Assembly (NCBI GenBank): GCA_032111275.1
Contig: JAULVA010000247.1
Span: 1 to 28,061 of the forward strand
Reading direction: 5' to 3'
From: Bdellovibrionota bacterium
GTDB lineage: Bacteria; Bdellovibrionota_C; UBA2361; OMII01
DNA length: 28,061 nt
A program made the translations under genes and the position numbers. Below, in pieces: positions 15,170-25,498 of this stretch. How positions within the stretch are numbered: the first letter of the stretch is position 1; the number at the start of each line of letters is the position of its first letter. The notes under the pieces are model-generated. The model saw only the letters and a list, made by a program, of their open reading frames with translations. It was not told where the DNA came from and ran no database searches.

Positions 15170-16152
15170 ACTCTCCATCGGGTATCTCCGTTGTAATTCC
15201 CACCTATAAGAGGAACAGCCTCCTGATCCGCTGTTTGCAGGCGCTTGAGGAGCAGAGTTATCCGGCGGAACAGGTCGAGGTCATTGTGTGTGACGACGCA
15301 CCTGCGGAGTCGACGCGGATGCTCGTCGAGTGCATGGCGAGTCTCGTGCCCTACACGCTACGATATCTAGCGGTACCTGATTCGCAGGGCCCAGCGGCCG
15401 CGCGCAACAGAGGATGGGAGTCGGCCCAGCATGAATTCATCGCCTTCACTGATGACGATACGATTCCCGAACCGGATTGGCTCGCCGAGGGGGCACAAGC
15501 TTTACACCGCGCCTTTGCCGTAGCTGGACGGGTGATAGTCCCGCTGCCCTCGATACCAACTGATTATGAGAGGAACGAGGCGGGGTTACAGCGAAGCGAA
15601 TTCGTTACGGCCAATTGCTTCGTCCGACGTTCAACATTGCGAACGTTGAACGGTTTTGACGAGCGATTTGCGGCCGCATGGCGAGAGGATAGTGATCTTC
15701 ACTTCCGCCTGCTATCTCTACCCAATTCGAACGGCCTCCAAAATGTTATCCGGTGCGAATCGGCTCGAGTTCGTCATCCCGTCCGACCCGCCAGGTGGGG
15801 AATAAGCCTCTCGCAACAGAGGAAGAGCGCATTTAACGCGCTTCTTCGCGCTAAACATCCCTCTCTTTTTCGACAACGCATAGAGCCCGGGCCTCCACTC
15901 AACTACTACCTTGCCTCACTTTCCCTTGGGCTTACGCTCCTTGGGTCCTGCGCGCATCAGGTAGAGACCGCGATGGTAGCTGGGGGACTGTGGGCCGCGG
16001 TCACGACCGGATTCTGTAGGCGAAGATTGAGAGGAACTTCACGCAGCCCCTCTCATCTCTTGGAGATGGCGGTTACCTCGATGCTCATTCCCCCAATCGC
16101 CATTTTTTGGCGATTGGTCGGCGCGTGGCGATACAAAGTTTTTTATCTGTAG
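15166..16152 (+). CDS. Glycosyltransferase family 2 with C-terminal membrane segment
   Basis: SVVIPTYKR, VIVCDD, GPAAARNRG, FTDDD, GFDERF, EDSDL; appears full length (328 aa). Confidence 0.92.
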   Translation: MNSPSGISVVIPTYKRNSLLIRCLQALEEQSYPAEQVEVIVCDDAPAESTRMLVECMASLVPYTLRYLAVPDSQGPAAARNRGWESAQHEFIAFTDDDTIPEPDWLAEGAQALHRAFAVAGRVIVPLPSIPTDYERNEAGLQRSEFVTANCFVRRSTLRTLNGFDERFAAAWREDSDLHFRLLSLPNSNGLQNVIRCESARVRHPVRPARWGISLSQQRKSAFNALLRAKHPSLFRQRIEPGPPLNYYLASLSLGLTLLGSCAHQVETAMVAGGLWAAVTTGFCRRRLRGTSRSPSHLLEMAVTSMLIPPIAIFWRLVGAWRYKVFYL

Positions 16153-16197
16153 GAAGCGTGATGTCTCGTTGCCTCGTCGGTCATTACCACTATCCGA

Positions 16198-16271
16198 GTA
16201 GGTCGGCCGGAGCCCACCGACCGGGAGCTAAGCGAAACACGCCCTCACTGCAGTCAAACGCCGCAACCTAC
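16198..16271. repeat. Degenerate inverted pair of GTAG-led hairpins (second REP-like class)
   Basis: GTAG-GTCGG...CCGACC (+, 16198-16222) and GTAG-GTTGCGG...CTGCAG (-, 16271-16248) at the right edge of the glycan island; short stems. Confidence 0.35.
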
Positions 16272-16328
16272 TGGATTTACTATGCAACAGGTTAAATTGC
16301 GAATCCCACCTCAGAGAATGGAGTTTAT

Positions 16329-19300
16329 GTGAGTGCCGACTTAAAAGCTCAGGGGTATACTCAAGGAACGAGCGCGACTCGAGACTTATCTACTCAGTCG
16401 ACCACCAACCCTTCGCCGTTATTTCTGAACTACTCCATGACCGGACACACATCCCAACCACTATCAGCCGATCTCATTGACACCCTTTCAGCCCTCCTAT
16501 CAAAGGAGGATCTGGATATTTTATCGCTTGTATCCGATCCTCTGCGACCAACAGAGCGCTTCTCTTTAGAGGGTTACGTCAAGGCGCTCTTCGCTCGAGC
16601 CTCCTCCGATTTTGTCCGATCACAAAGCCCCCAAGACGTCCACCGAATCGTATCGGGCAGCCTTCGAGCGATTGGATCTATCGGCTCCCAACCCGACCGC
16701 ATAGTTTTGAACTTCTCACTTGCGGAAACCGCGGGTGCTCTCTTCATCGCCCTTGACGATCACCCTTTTATCATCAGCTCCATCGCTGAAACTCTCTCCG
16801 ACGCTGATATACGAGTGGACGCCTTTCTCCATCCGATAGTGCTCTTTAAGGGCGCGCCAATCGCCTCGTCGTTTATCGAGGTACACAACGCCTCTATCGA
16901 TAGGACTCCTCCGATCCTGCCGCGACTCAGAGAGATGCTGCGTACTCTGACCCGGGTTGGTGGTGACTTCGCCGCGATGAAGGCTCTTGTCTCGGAAACT
17001 CGGGGAAAATTACAGACAAAGACATTGCTGAGTAACTGTGGTGACCTTCCCGCCGCTGAGGTATCGCAATTCCTTGAGTGGCTTAACGATGGTTGCTTTT
17101 TCTTTCTCGGAGCTGGCACAGGAACTCTTGAGAAGGGTTTAGAGAACACATCCCTTCGCGGTATCTGGCACGCGGGCAACTCTTACACGTCCGATCTCGC
17201 AACCGAGGTAAACGAGGACGTCGAGGTAATGCAGCAGCATGAACTCAATATCTCGATTCGAAAGCTCCGACTGACCTCGCGGATCCATCGACATGCGACC
17301 CTTCTGCACGTTCTGGCGCGCCCCACCAAATCTTCCCCCTTCATCGCCTCATTCATCGGATATCTTACCTCAAAGGCGTGGGCTCATGAGGCGCAGGATA
17401 TACCCATCCTCCGCAAGAAGGTCGTGTCGATCCTTCAGAAAGAGAGCGTCATTCCGAACTCCCACGACTATAAGTATATAGTGGAGGTCATCGATAACAT
17501 GCCGACAGACGAGGCGTTAGCGACTTCGACCAGCAATCTGGTCGAGCTTTCTCGACTCGCCCTCGGCGTTTTCAGTCAAGAAGAGACGCGCAGTGTTACG
17601 ACCGTTGACGAGTTCGGGCGCAGGGCCTTCACGGCGATCGTGCTTCCTCCGGAGCGGTATAGCACAGCGATTCAATCGAACATTCAAACCTTTTTAGAGG
17701 CGACATTCCAAGCTGAGCCGTGGTCAAGCGAGATCCATATAGACTCAAGCAAAAAGCGTCAGTTCAGAGTTTACATCAGCACACCACTTCCAACCGGTCG
17801 CGGCCCTATCTTCATTCCAGACACACTCGCTAACCTGATCAACGCGGCCACACTTCCCTGGGACGAGAAACTCCGTCTCGCCACTGAATCCCTCGACCTT
17901 CCCTTCAACGCAGACGGAATCTTTCCGGAAGACTATAAAGCCGCGACCGATATCTCAGAGGCTTCGCACGACCTCCGAGTACTCTCGACGGTTAATGAAG
18001 CGGATCCGATTGCGGTCTCCCTCTTCACGCCGGATGGAATAGGCGCTTCCCTTCTCTCGATCTTTTCACGCGGTAAGGAGCTGTCGATAAGTCTGGCTAC
18101 CCCGGTTCTTGAGAATATTGGACTAGAGGTCTTAAGTGCCTACTCATATGAGTGCTCCGGGCCCTCGGCAACCACCCACCTTCTGAAACTCTCGGTTCGA
18201 CCTTATGATGGGGAGCCGCTCTCAGCGGAGACCTTTAATAGAGCCGTTGCCCCTGGAGTGGCCAAGGTTCTCCAGGGAGAAGCTCCGAACGATACCCTCA
18301 ATTCCCTGCTACGCAAGGCGCCCCTCTCAATCAAACAGATAGGTCTCCTGCGTGGATACTGCGCGCTATTATGGCAGGTTCATAAGGTCTCTACCAAACG
18401 AACGATGTGGGAGTCTCTCGCTGGGGCTCCATCCGTCGCGACCCAACTCTGTCGAATATTCGACTGGAAGTTCAACCCGACGCACGACATGACTCTTGAG
18501 GAGCGAGCGCGACGAGCTTCACTCGAGGAGTCCTTGTTAATCGAGCAACTGCGACAGGTCCCCGACATTACCCAAGACCGGGTGCTCCGAGCGCTCCTCT
18601 CCCTCATGCGAAGCTCAGTAAGGACAAACTTCTATACCAATACTGACACCCTCTCGATTAAACTTCGCTCGCAGGAGATTGAATTCATGCCGCATCCGCG
18701 GCCGTTGTTTGAGATCTTCGTTTTCTCGCCACGAATCGAGGGCACGCATCTTCGAAGCGCGAGGGTCGGCCGCGGTGGCATTCGATGGAGCGAGCGAGTC
18801 GATGATTATCGTTCCGAAGTGCTCGGCCTGATGAAAACCCAGAGGGTCAAAAACGTCATTATCGTCCCAAGTGGAGCTAAAGGTGGCTTCATCGTGAAGA
18901 ACGTTCATCGACAAGGAGAGGCGGTTGGGAAAGCTGTTGAGCAGGCCTATCGTGAATACATCACCGCGTTGCTCAGTTTAGCCGACTCAAAGAGCGATGA
19001 GACAGTAATTCATCCCGCGGGGCTCGTTATTCATGATGAGCCGGATCCGTACTTCGTTGTCGCTGCCGATAAGGGAACGGCGACCTTCAGCGACATCGCT
19101 AATTCCATCGCCCAGAAAGACTTCAACTTCTGGCTCGGTGACGCGTTCGCGTCAGGCGGTTCAGCCGGATATGACCACAAGAAGTACGGAATCACCGCGA
19201 AGGGCGGATGGGAATGCGTCCTGCGGCACTTCCGTGACCTCGGCATAAATTACGAAACCGAGCCATTCTCAGTGATCGGAATCGGAGATATGTCGGGGGA

Positions 19301-21170
19301 TGTATTCGGCAACGCTCTCCTTTTGAATCCAAATATGGCGCTGGTGGCCGCCTTTAACCATAAGCACATCTTCATCGACCCGAAACCGAACCTCGCTCAA
19401 GCGCTTGATGAGCGGATGAGGCTCTTTACTACCCCCCGCTCTCAATGGTCGGATTTTTCACCATCGATTATCTCCCACGGAGGCGGCGTCTTTCATCGCT
19501 TCGACAAAGATATAACGCTCAACGAGCACATAAGGGAAGCGCTCTCCATTCCAGGAGACGTTCCGAACGTAGTCGACGGAGAGCGCCTCGTATCACTCGT
19601 ACTCCAAGCTCAGATCGACCTGCTGTGGAATGGCGGTATCGGCACCTATGTGAAATCTCGTGGCGAGTCTCACGTCGATGTAAACGATGGTACGAATGAC
19701 GGCGTCCGGATTAACGCTGATGAACTTCGGGCTCGGGTGGTCGGCGAAGGTGGAAAGCTGGGCTTTACGCAGAGAGCTCGCATCGAATACGCCCTCAAGG
19801 GAGGTCGCATTAACACGGACGCGATCGACAACTCCGGTGGTGTGGACCTCTCAGACCATGAGGTAAATCTCAAGCTCCTTTTCTCGCCAATGGTGTCGAG
19901 AGGTTCTCTGAGCTTAGAGCAACGGAATCAGCTGCTCAAGGCGATCGCTTCAGATGTCGTGGAATCGGTCCTCCAACATAATCGTGACCAGGCGTTAACA
20001 CTCACAGTCTCTCATCTCCGCTCCACGACGACGATGGAGCAGTACCGTTATCTGATACGAGACATGCACCGTCGAGGCTTCCTCGATCGCAATCGAGACG
20101 CTCTACCGGATGAAGCCGAGCTTGATGAACGCGCCTCATCAAAGAGTGGCCTGACCCGACCGGAGTTGGCTGTGTGCAGCGCGGCGGTGAAGATGTGGAT
20201 TAAAGAGGAGATACGCTCCTCGAACCTTCTCAAAGACCAGAGTCTTGAACGCTTTGTTCTCTCCTACTTCCCAGCCAAGGTAAGGGAGGATTTCCGCTCT
20301 GAGGTAACATCACATCCCCTGCGCGCTGATATCATCGCGAGCGAGCTTATCAGCGCGATAGTGCCCGTCGTTGGGATCTCGTTCATCCACGCCGTTGTCT
20401 CGATGAACGGAACAACGGTAGCCACCGCGATGAAGTGCATTTTGGCCGCGGATACCATCCTAGGTGGCGAAACCCTCAGGGCGCACCTTAGAGCGCTCGA
20501 TACCCCCGCCCAGTGTCCGCACTTTACAAGGCTATGGCTCGATATGGGTATCGCCATCCGAGAGGCGGCGAACTGGCTTCTCGCCACCCACGGATCGACT
20601 CACTCTCTTGAGGAGATGGTGAGCCTTTACGCGGATCAATTTAAAACCCTCTCCACCCACAGCGCGCTCGTGTTCACGGGGAAGGAATTTTCCCGATTTG
20701 AGCGACGAGTCTCCGAATATCGATCGCTGGAGGCACCGATGGCCGCGGCTAACCTCTTAGCCCTCTATCGGCGTATCCTTCCACTCTTGGAGATGTTGTG
20801 GTCAGCTCGTCAATTCTCATCCGACGTGAAGGTGGTAGCGAGCGCCTACTCTCAGATCCTTGAGGACCTCCGAGTAAACGAACTCTTCAAATTTGAGAAT
20901 CTGGTAGAGACCTCGAGTAAGTGGGAACAGGAGTTGGTCGCGGGATCCTACCAAGAGATACGACGTAGCGTTTCCCTGATCACTGGGCAGATAGTCACCC
21001 AGGGAATCTCACGGCCTGAGGAGATCCAGGAAGCCCTCTCACGAGCCACCGGTTATGAGGCGATACGGTCCACTATGATGGATGTTGAGGAGCTCTTGCG
21101 ACAGAAACGCCCATTTCAGGTGGCGGTTCTACCGGTTATCACCCGGCAGTTGAGGATGCTCAAGGTGTAG
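16329..21170 (+). CDS. gdhB: Large NAD-specific glutamate dehydrogenase (~1600 aa)
   Basis: RGGIRWSER, EVLGLMKTQRVKN, GAKGGF, VAADKGTATFSDIAN, GYDHKKYGITAKG, GIGDMSGDVFGN, WNGGIGTY, NTDAIDNSGGVDLSDHEVNLK. Start could be GTG16329 or a later ATG. Confidence 0.95.
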   Translation: MSADLKAQGYTQGTSATRDLSTQSTTNPSPLFLNYSMTGHTSQPLSADLIDTLSALLSKEDLDILSLVSDPLRPTERFSLEGYVKALFARASSDFVRSQSPQDVHRIVSGSLRAIGSIGSQPDRIVLNFSLAETAGALFIALDDHPFIISSIAETLSDADIRVDAFLHPIVLFKGAPIASSFIEVHNASIDRTPPILPRLREMLRTLTRVGGDFAAMKALVSETRGKLQTKTLLSNCGDLPAAEVSQFLEWLNDGCFFFLGAGTGTLEKGLENTSLRGIWHAGNSYTSDLATEVNEDVEVMQQHELNISIRKLRLTSRIHRHATLLHVLARPTKSSPFIASFIGYLTSKAWAHEAQDIPILRKKVVSILQKESVIPNSHDYKYIVEVIDNMPTDEALATSTSNLVELSRLALGVFSQEETRSVTTVDEFGRRAFTAIVLPPERYSTAIQSNIQTFLEATFQAEPWSSEIHIDSSKKRQFRVYISTPLPTGRGPIFIPDTLANLINAATLPWDEKLRLATESLDLPFNADGIFPEDYKAATDISEASHDLRVLSTVNEADPIAVSLFTPDGIGASLLSIFSRGKELSISLATPVLENIGLEVLSAYSYECSGPSATTHLLKLSVRPYDGEPLSAETFNRAVAPGVAKVLQGEAPNDTLNSLLRKAPLSIKQIGLLRGYCALLWQVHKVSTKRTMWESLAGAPSVATQLCRIFDWKFNPTHDMTLEERARRASLEESLLIEQLRQVPDITQDRVLRALLSLMRSSVRTNFYTNTDTLSIKLRSQEIEFMPHPRPLFEIFVFSPRIEGTHLRSARVGRGGIRWSERVDDYRSEVLGLMKTQRVKNVIIVPSGAKGGFIVKNVHRQGEAVGKAVEQAYREYITALLSLADSKSDETVIHPAGLVIHDEPDPYFVVAADKGTATFSDIANSIAQKDFNFWLGDAFASGGSAGYDHKKYGITAKGGWECVLRHFRDLGINYETEPFSVIGIGDMSGDVFGNALLLNPNMALVAAFNHKHIFIDPKPNLAQALDERMRLFTTPRSQWSDFSPSIISHGGGVFHRFDKDITLNEHIREALSIPGDVPNVVDGERLVSLVLQAQIDLLWNGGIGTYVKSRGESHVDVNDGTNDGVRINADELRARVVGEGGKLGFTQRARIEYALKGGRINTDAIDNSGGVDLSDHEVNLKLLFSPMVSRGSLSLEQRNQLLKAIASDVVESVLQHNRDQALTLTVSHLRSTTTMEQYRYLIRDMHRRGFLDRNRDALPDEAELDERASSKSGLTRPELAVCSAAVKMWIKEEIRSSNLLKDQSLERFVLSYFPAKVREDFRSEVTSHPLRADIIASELISAIVPVVGISFIHAVVSMNGTTVATAMKCILAADTILGGETLRAHLRALDTPAQCPHFTRLWLDMGIAIREAANWLLATHGSTHSLEEMVSLYADQFKTLSTHSALVFTGKEFSRFERRVSEYRSLEAPMAAANLLALYRRILPLLEMLWSARQFSSDVKVVASAYSQILEDLRVNELFKFENLVETSSKWEQELVAGSYQEIRRSVSLITGQIVTQGISRPEEIQEALSRATGYEAIRSTMMDVEELLRQKRPFQVAVLPVITRQLRMLKV

Positions 21171-21204
21171 GGACAAAGGGAGAGGAGGCAAAACCCCGCT
21201 ATCG

Positions 21205-21348
21205 CGTGCTTTTGCTAGGTAGCGGTGTTACTGCTCGGAAGTCGATCGAGAGCAGCTGGAGGAGCGGGGAGTTCGTCTTCTGACTCAGAAGAAAAAGCCA
21301 ATTGGTGGCGAACTGTCGGAAGCCGAACGAGAGCGCAGTCGTATGCTA
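21205..21348 (+). mobile_element. IS5-like DDE transposase remnant (~48 codons, in-frame stop)
   Basis: AFAR*RCYCSEVDREQLEERGVRLLTQKKKPIGGELSEAERERSRML resembles the segment between the second Asp (ADxGY) and the catalytic Glu (RxxVE) of IS5-type transposases; not on the ORF track. Confidence 0.6.
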
Positions 21349-21370
21349 AACAACGCGAGCGCGTTGTTTT
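21342..21370. repeat. Palindromic element, copy B; may double as a bidirectional terminator
   Basis: AAACAACGCG-AG-CGCGTTGTTT, 27/29 identical to 73-101; between convergent gdhB and the GT4-TPR gene. Confidence 0.8.
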
Positions 21371-21424
21371 TACCCCGTCTCCAAAGGGGTCCAGACTAAG
21401 ACTACAGGGACGAGCGGCCAACCA

Positions 21425-24400
21425 CTATTGCCGAACTATCATGTCAGCGGGCTTCTCTCCACGAATGATATCCCGAAGCTCAAGAGCTCGACTGTGCTGC
21501 GGTTCGAAGATGAGGATCTTCTCAACCTCAGACTTCGCCTGTTCAACCTTACCTTGGGCGAAAAGTATTCCAGCGAATGAATAGAGCATCTCGAGGTTCG
21601 CGGGATGAAGTTCAAGGTAGGAGTTGATGGCTTTTTCGATCTCCGAGTATCGCTTCATCGGGTACCCTAACTGGAGAACTCCAAGGAGCGCTCTCTTGTT
21701 TTCAGGGTTGGAGGCGACAGCCTGTTGAAAGAGTTCGAACGCCTTATCCTCACTCTTGTTGACCATCGCGCAGAGACCAAGCCCCGCGAGACCGACATCG
21801 TACTTCGGTTCGATAGCGACCGCCGTAGTGAAGTACTCCTGAGCGACGATCCAATCTTGTCGCTCAGCCGCGAGAGCGCCCTTACCGCAGAGAGCTCGCA
21901 CGTTTCGTGGGTTCCCTCGAAGCACTCGGTCATACACCTCCGCCGCTACCTCAAGCTCTCCATCCATAACGTGGAACTCAGCTTCGATGCAGTCGAACCG
22001 CTCTCGCTGAGCCTCAGTGAGACCCGGAGTACGACGAACGTGCTCAAGCGCTTCCCGCGCCTGCTCGGGCTTCCCAGCGCGTTTAAGATCCTCAGCCTCA
22101 TTCATCTTACCTTCGACGAGGGTGATCATATCAGCGGCCATCTCGTCACGCTGCTGGAAGTACTCAGCCGCGCGATCATCACTCCTCTCATTTGAGGTCT
22201 CAACTGCGTCCGACGTTGGGGCGTGCGCCGATACCTGGCTTGGTACCTGACGGCCAATCATCTCTCGCAGCTCAAGAGCCGCCTCATGGTTAGGACACTC
22301 GGCGATAACTCGCGCGAGCTCACCGCTGGCCGCGGACCAAAGCCCTTGCTTGTACAGAACCCCCGCGAGACAGAATCGAATTGAGGTGTCCTGAGGCTTA
22401 ACCGAGAGATATCGACGCAGAGCGCTCTCAGCTCGATTGAAAGCGCCGAGCTGATAGGCGCTCTCAAGGAGTTGGTGAAGAGCCACCAAGTGGTCCGGAA
22501 CTTGAGCCAGAACGCGCTCGAAGATAGGCATCGCCTCACCGGTGCGTCCGGAGACAGCGACACACATTCCAAGACCCGTAAGGAGGTTCGGATCTTGAGG
22601 GCTCAGCTCCAACGCTCGCTCGAACAAGCTCACCGCCTCCTCATTTCGGCCCTGGGCCAAACACACCGCGCCGCGAGCTTTAAGCACTCGAGACGAAGTC
22701 GCGTCAGCGACCTCCGCTTCTCGAAGCAAGATTTCAGCCCGCTCGTAATCACCCTCACGGGCAGCGATCTCTCCCTGCTCTATCAGGGTCTCTACATGTT
22801 TCGTATCAACGCTCATATCGTAGCATCCTCCAATTGGTGTAACGTGTGGGACTTGACCAACCTCGGCCTGGGTTCCCTTAATCATTCCTTCGTAAGCCGA
22901 AACTGTCTTCTCCACCGCTTTATCCCACGTAAAACTCTTAGCCATCTCTACAAGCCCCTCCTTAACGGGCGCATAGAAGGCGGCCGTGATGGCCGCGTTA
23001 ATCGAATCGGGATCCCAAGGCTGGCAGTAGAAGGCCTTCGTACTAACGTAGTCCTCCGTCGTGCCCGTCCCCGTTACAACGATATTTTTTCCATGCGCTG
23101 CTGCCTCAAGAGACACCAAGCCTGGTAGCTCATACCAACTCGGAAGCGCGTGAATACGACATGCCGCGTACGCCGATGACAACATCTCAGGAGTGACCCG
23201 ATCCAAGATGATCGTGCGACCCTTGCGCTTAAACGTTCGTACGGCGCTATCGTATTCAGGCTGATATGAGAAACCTCCACCCGCGAGAACTACCGTTACC
23301 TCGGAATCCTCAAGGGCTTTCAGTAACATCAGCTGATTTTTCCGGGTCTCAATTCTGCCCACGCAGAGCACGAAGTCCCTGACTCCATACTCCCGCTCAA
23401 ACAGCTCTGGACCGACCATGCGGCCGATCTCGTGACCAAGCGGAACCTCTACAATCCGGCTCGCCATCGGAAAATCTCTGGAAATCGCGGTGGTTTCTCC
23501 CACCCCATTCGTAAACAGCGCGGCCGCATGCTCAACGAGCCAATCCACCGTAAACCGCTCTGCGGGAACAACGGTGCCAAGATCAACGTTGAGCGATGCC
23601 CACCATCGTGGGTCTTGACCATGATCGACATATTCAAGAAGTTTTAACGCCACCACGTGTGATTGATGATGGAAGCTGGGGAGATCCTCGTACAGAGTCG
23701 TCACAACGAAGGGAACACCGGCGCTCTTTGCTCTCTTAGCTAACTCAGTTGTCAGCTCAGCCGTGGCGAAATTGAAAAGGTGTACCAGATCATAGTTAGC
23801 CGGATCCTCGGTACCCGCCACATCTACAGTGACGTTGATCCCTCGCTCTGCAAGCCCCTGGCTAAGGCGCTCAACGACAACCGTATCTCCTCCACGTTCC
23901 AGGAAGGTATTGGGACGATTCTGCATCAGAACCCGCATGGCACCGCATAATGTCGGCGTAGTTCCAACCGCGGAGATCGAATCCGCGAGAGCCGCAACAA
24001 CGCCGGCGCCATAGGTCGGTCGTTCCTTCACCGAGGCAAAGAGTCCCTCATATATATCTTTAATTCGACGAGCTATTCGGGGCCAGGAGTTCTCCTCAGC
24101 GTACGCGCGGGCGTTTCGGCGAATCTGCTCACGCAGACCCGAATCCCGCAGGAGAATCTCCGCCGAAAGCCCCGGCGGATATCCACCCGTCATGTGCCAC
24201 ACGGCGTCCCCGAACGCCATCATCGGTGGAGCGAGGGAACTCATGACGACCGCTCCCGCGCCCACGGCGAGGGAGCATGCTCCAGACGCCTCGAAGTAGT
24301 CGGAGCGATAGTTCATAATCACCAGATCGGAGGCCGCGAGATATTCCCCTACTTCCGCGTCGCTTACATAACGCGACACAAAGGTAATGCTCGCGTCGAG

Positions 24401-25195
24401 CTTGTGATCGTGAACGAAATCCTTGAGAGCTTTAAGATAGGTAGCGCTGGCCTGCTGGTCATCGCGAGCCTCGCCTATAATAATTCCGTGAGCTGGAATT
24501 GCCTGGGCGCGTAGGTGCGATACCGCTTCGATAACGGCTTCAACGCCTTTATGCGGTTGAATAAAGCCAAAGCTTGTGAGGACATGCCCTTGATGATTAA
24601 TGCCAAGTTTCGCGCGAAGCGACTCCCTAGATTGATCGGCTACGTCTTCTTGGATCTGTATACCGTGAGGAACAACGACGACCGTCTCCGGCCGGGCACC
24701 ATTAGCGATCGCCTCAAGTCTAACCTCGCGAGAGTGAACGAGCACTCGATCCACCATCGCGAAGAGCGCCTCATGCTGAGGTATTTTCGTGAAGAGCTGA
24801 TGAACGTGCGCCACAATCTTGATTCCCGTCCCTCTCAACCGCGAGAGGAGCTCAGAGAAGGAGGGCTGCTCAAAAAATGTTGAGTGGCAATTGATATGAA
24901 GGACATCAAGTCGGGCTTTCCGTATTTCGGCATCGAGTCGCGCGTAGTCATGCGAGGATTCTCTTGTGACTCGGCTCCAGCAACGGGTTACAAACCATTC
25001 ATCGTGACCAACGACATCGCAATTATCTTCAGCGAAGACCGCCACCACATCACACGCGAGGTGAGGAATAAAAAACTTCGCGTACGTAGCGAGACCACAC
25101 GCCTGATTCCAAGGCGTAATAAAACCCACCCTCAAAGGTGTAACGCCCGTGTCACGAGCGTGAGGTGGTTGGTGTGGTCTCAGCATTCCTGTCAT
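21425..25195 (-). CDS. Tandem GT4-GT4 glycosyltransferase with C-terminal TPR repeats (~1256 aa)
   Basis: Domain 1: CGLATY, FGFIQPHKGVE, YFEASGA. Domain 2: GGDTVVV, VGRIETRKNQL, YELPGLVSLEAAAHG. Then TPR helices (EEAVSLFERALELSPQDPNLLTGLGMC etc.). ATG25195 follows a purine-rich SD. Confidence 0.88.
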   Translation of the reverse strand: MTGMLRPHQPPHARDTGVTPLRVGFITPWNQACGLATYAKFFIPHLACDVVAVFAEDNCDVVGHDEWFVTRCWSRVTRESSHDYARLDAEIRKARLDVLHINCHSTFFEQPSFSELLSRLRGTGIKIVAHVHQLFTKIPQHEALFAMVDRVLVHSREVRLEAIANGARPETVVVVPHGIQIQEDVADQSRESLRAKLGINHQGHVLTSFGFIQPHKGVEAVIEAVSHLRAQAIPAHGIIIGEARDDQQASATYLKALKDFVHDHKLDASITFVSRYVSDAEVGEYLAASDLVIMNYRSDYFEASGACSLAVGAGAVVMSSLAPPMMAFGDAVWHMTGGYPPGLSAEILLRDSGLREQIRRNARAYAEENSWPRIARRIKDIYEGLFASVKERPTYGAGVVAALADSISAVGTTPTLCGAMRVLMQNRPNTFLERGGDTVVVERLSQGLAERGINVTVDVAGTEDPANYDLVHLFNFATAELTTELAKRAKSAGVPFVVTTLYEDLPSFHHQSHVVALKLLEYVDHGQDPRWWASLNVDLGTVVPAERFTVDWLVEHAAALFTNGVGETTAISRDFPMASRIVEVPLGHEIGRMVGPELFEREYGVRDFVLCVGRIETRKNQLMLLKALEDSEVTVVLAGGGFSYQPEYDSAVRTFKRKGRTIILDRVTPEMLSSAYAACRIHALPSWYELPGLVSLEAAAHGKNIVVTGTGTTEDYVSTKAFYCQPWDPDSINAAITAAFYAPVKEGLVEMAKSFTWDKAVEKTVSAYEGMIKGTQAEVGQVPHVTPIGGCYDMSVDTKHVETLIEQGEIAAREGDYERAEILLREAEVADATSSRVLKARGAVCLAQGRNEEAVSLFERALELSPQDPNLLTGLGMCVAVSGRTGEAMPIFERVLAQVPDHLVALHQLLESAYQLGAFNRAESALRRYLSVKPQDTSIRFCLAGVLYKQGLWSAASGELARVIAECPNHEAALELREMIGRQVPSQVSAHAPTSDAVETSNERSDDRAAEYFQQRDEMAADMITLVEGKMNEAEDLKRAGKPEQAREALEHVRRTPGLTEAQRERFDCIEAEFHVMDGELEVAAEVYDRVLRGNPRNVRALCGKGALAAERQDWIVAQEYFTTAVAIEPKYDVGLAGLGLCAMVNKSEDKAFELFQQAVASNPENKRALLGVLQLGYPMKRYSEIEKAINSYLELHPANLEMLYSFAGILFAQGKVEQAKSEVEKILIFEPQHSRALELRDIIRGEKPADMIVRQ

Positions 25196-25498
25196 CGTAC
25201 TTAATCCTTTCCCTTCCTTTGGGAAGCAGATGTTACGATGCAGGCATCTGGCCGGACGCCTCAAACATATTTACGGGTACTCGTTTTGGCCCGGGAGCGT
25301 CCCAGCTCCCCGGCGACGAAGGAAGCCAGCTATCCCAAGCCATCGGCGGCAGGCGAGTAATTACAGGGCCTTACGTCGCCCATTCGTGATAGAAGCGGGG
25401 AACGACCAACGACAAACGTTGTCTACATGAACATGACATAAGGTCTCGCCACCAAGCGACATAGGCACATTCGAATGGAACTCTACGGGTCCGACCGG

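Noticed and set aside
21215-21584. ORFs 21225-21584 (+) and 21215-21421 (-) as genes
   Set aside because: Low-complexity alternate frames over the transposase scar; the + ORF runs antisense into the TPR gene.
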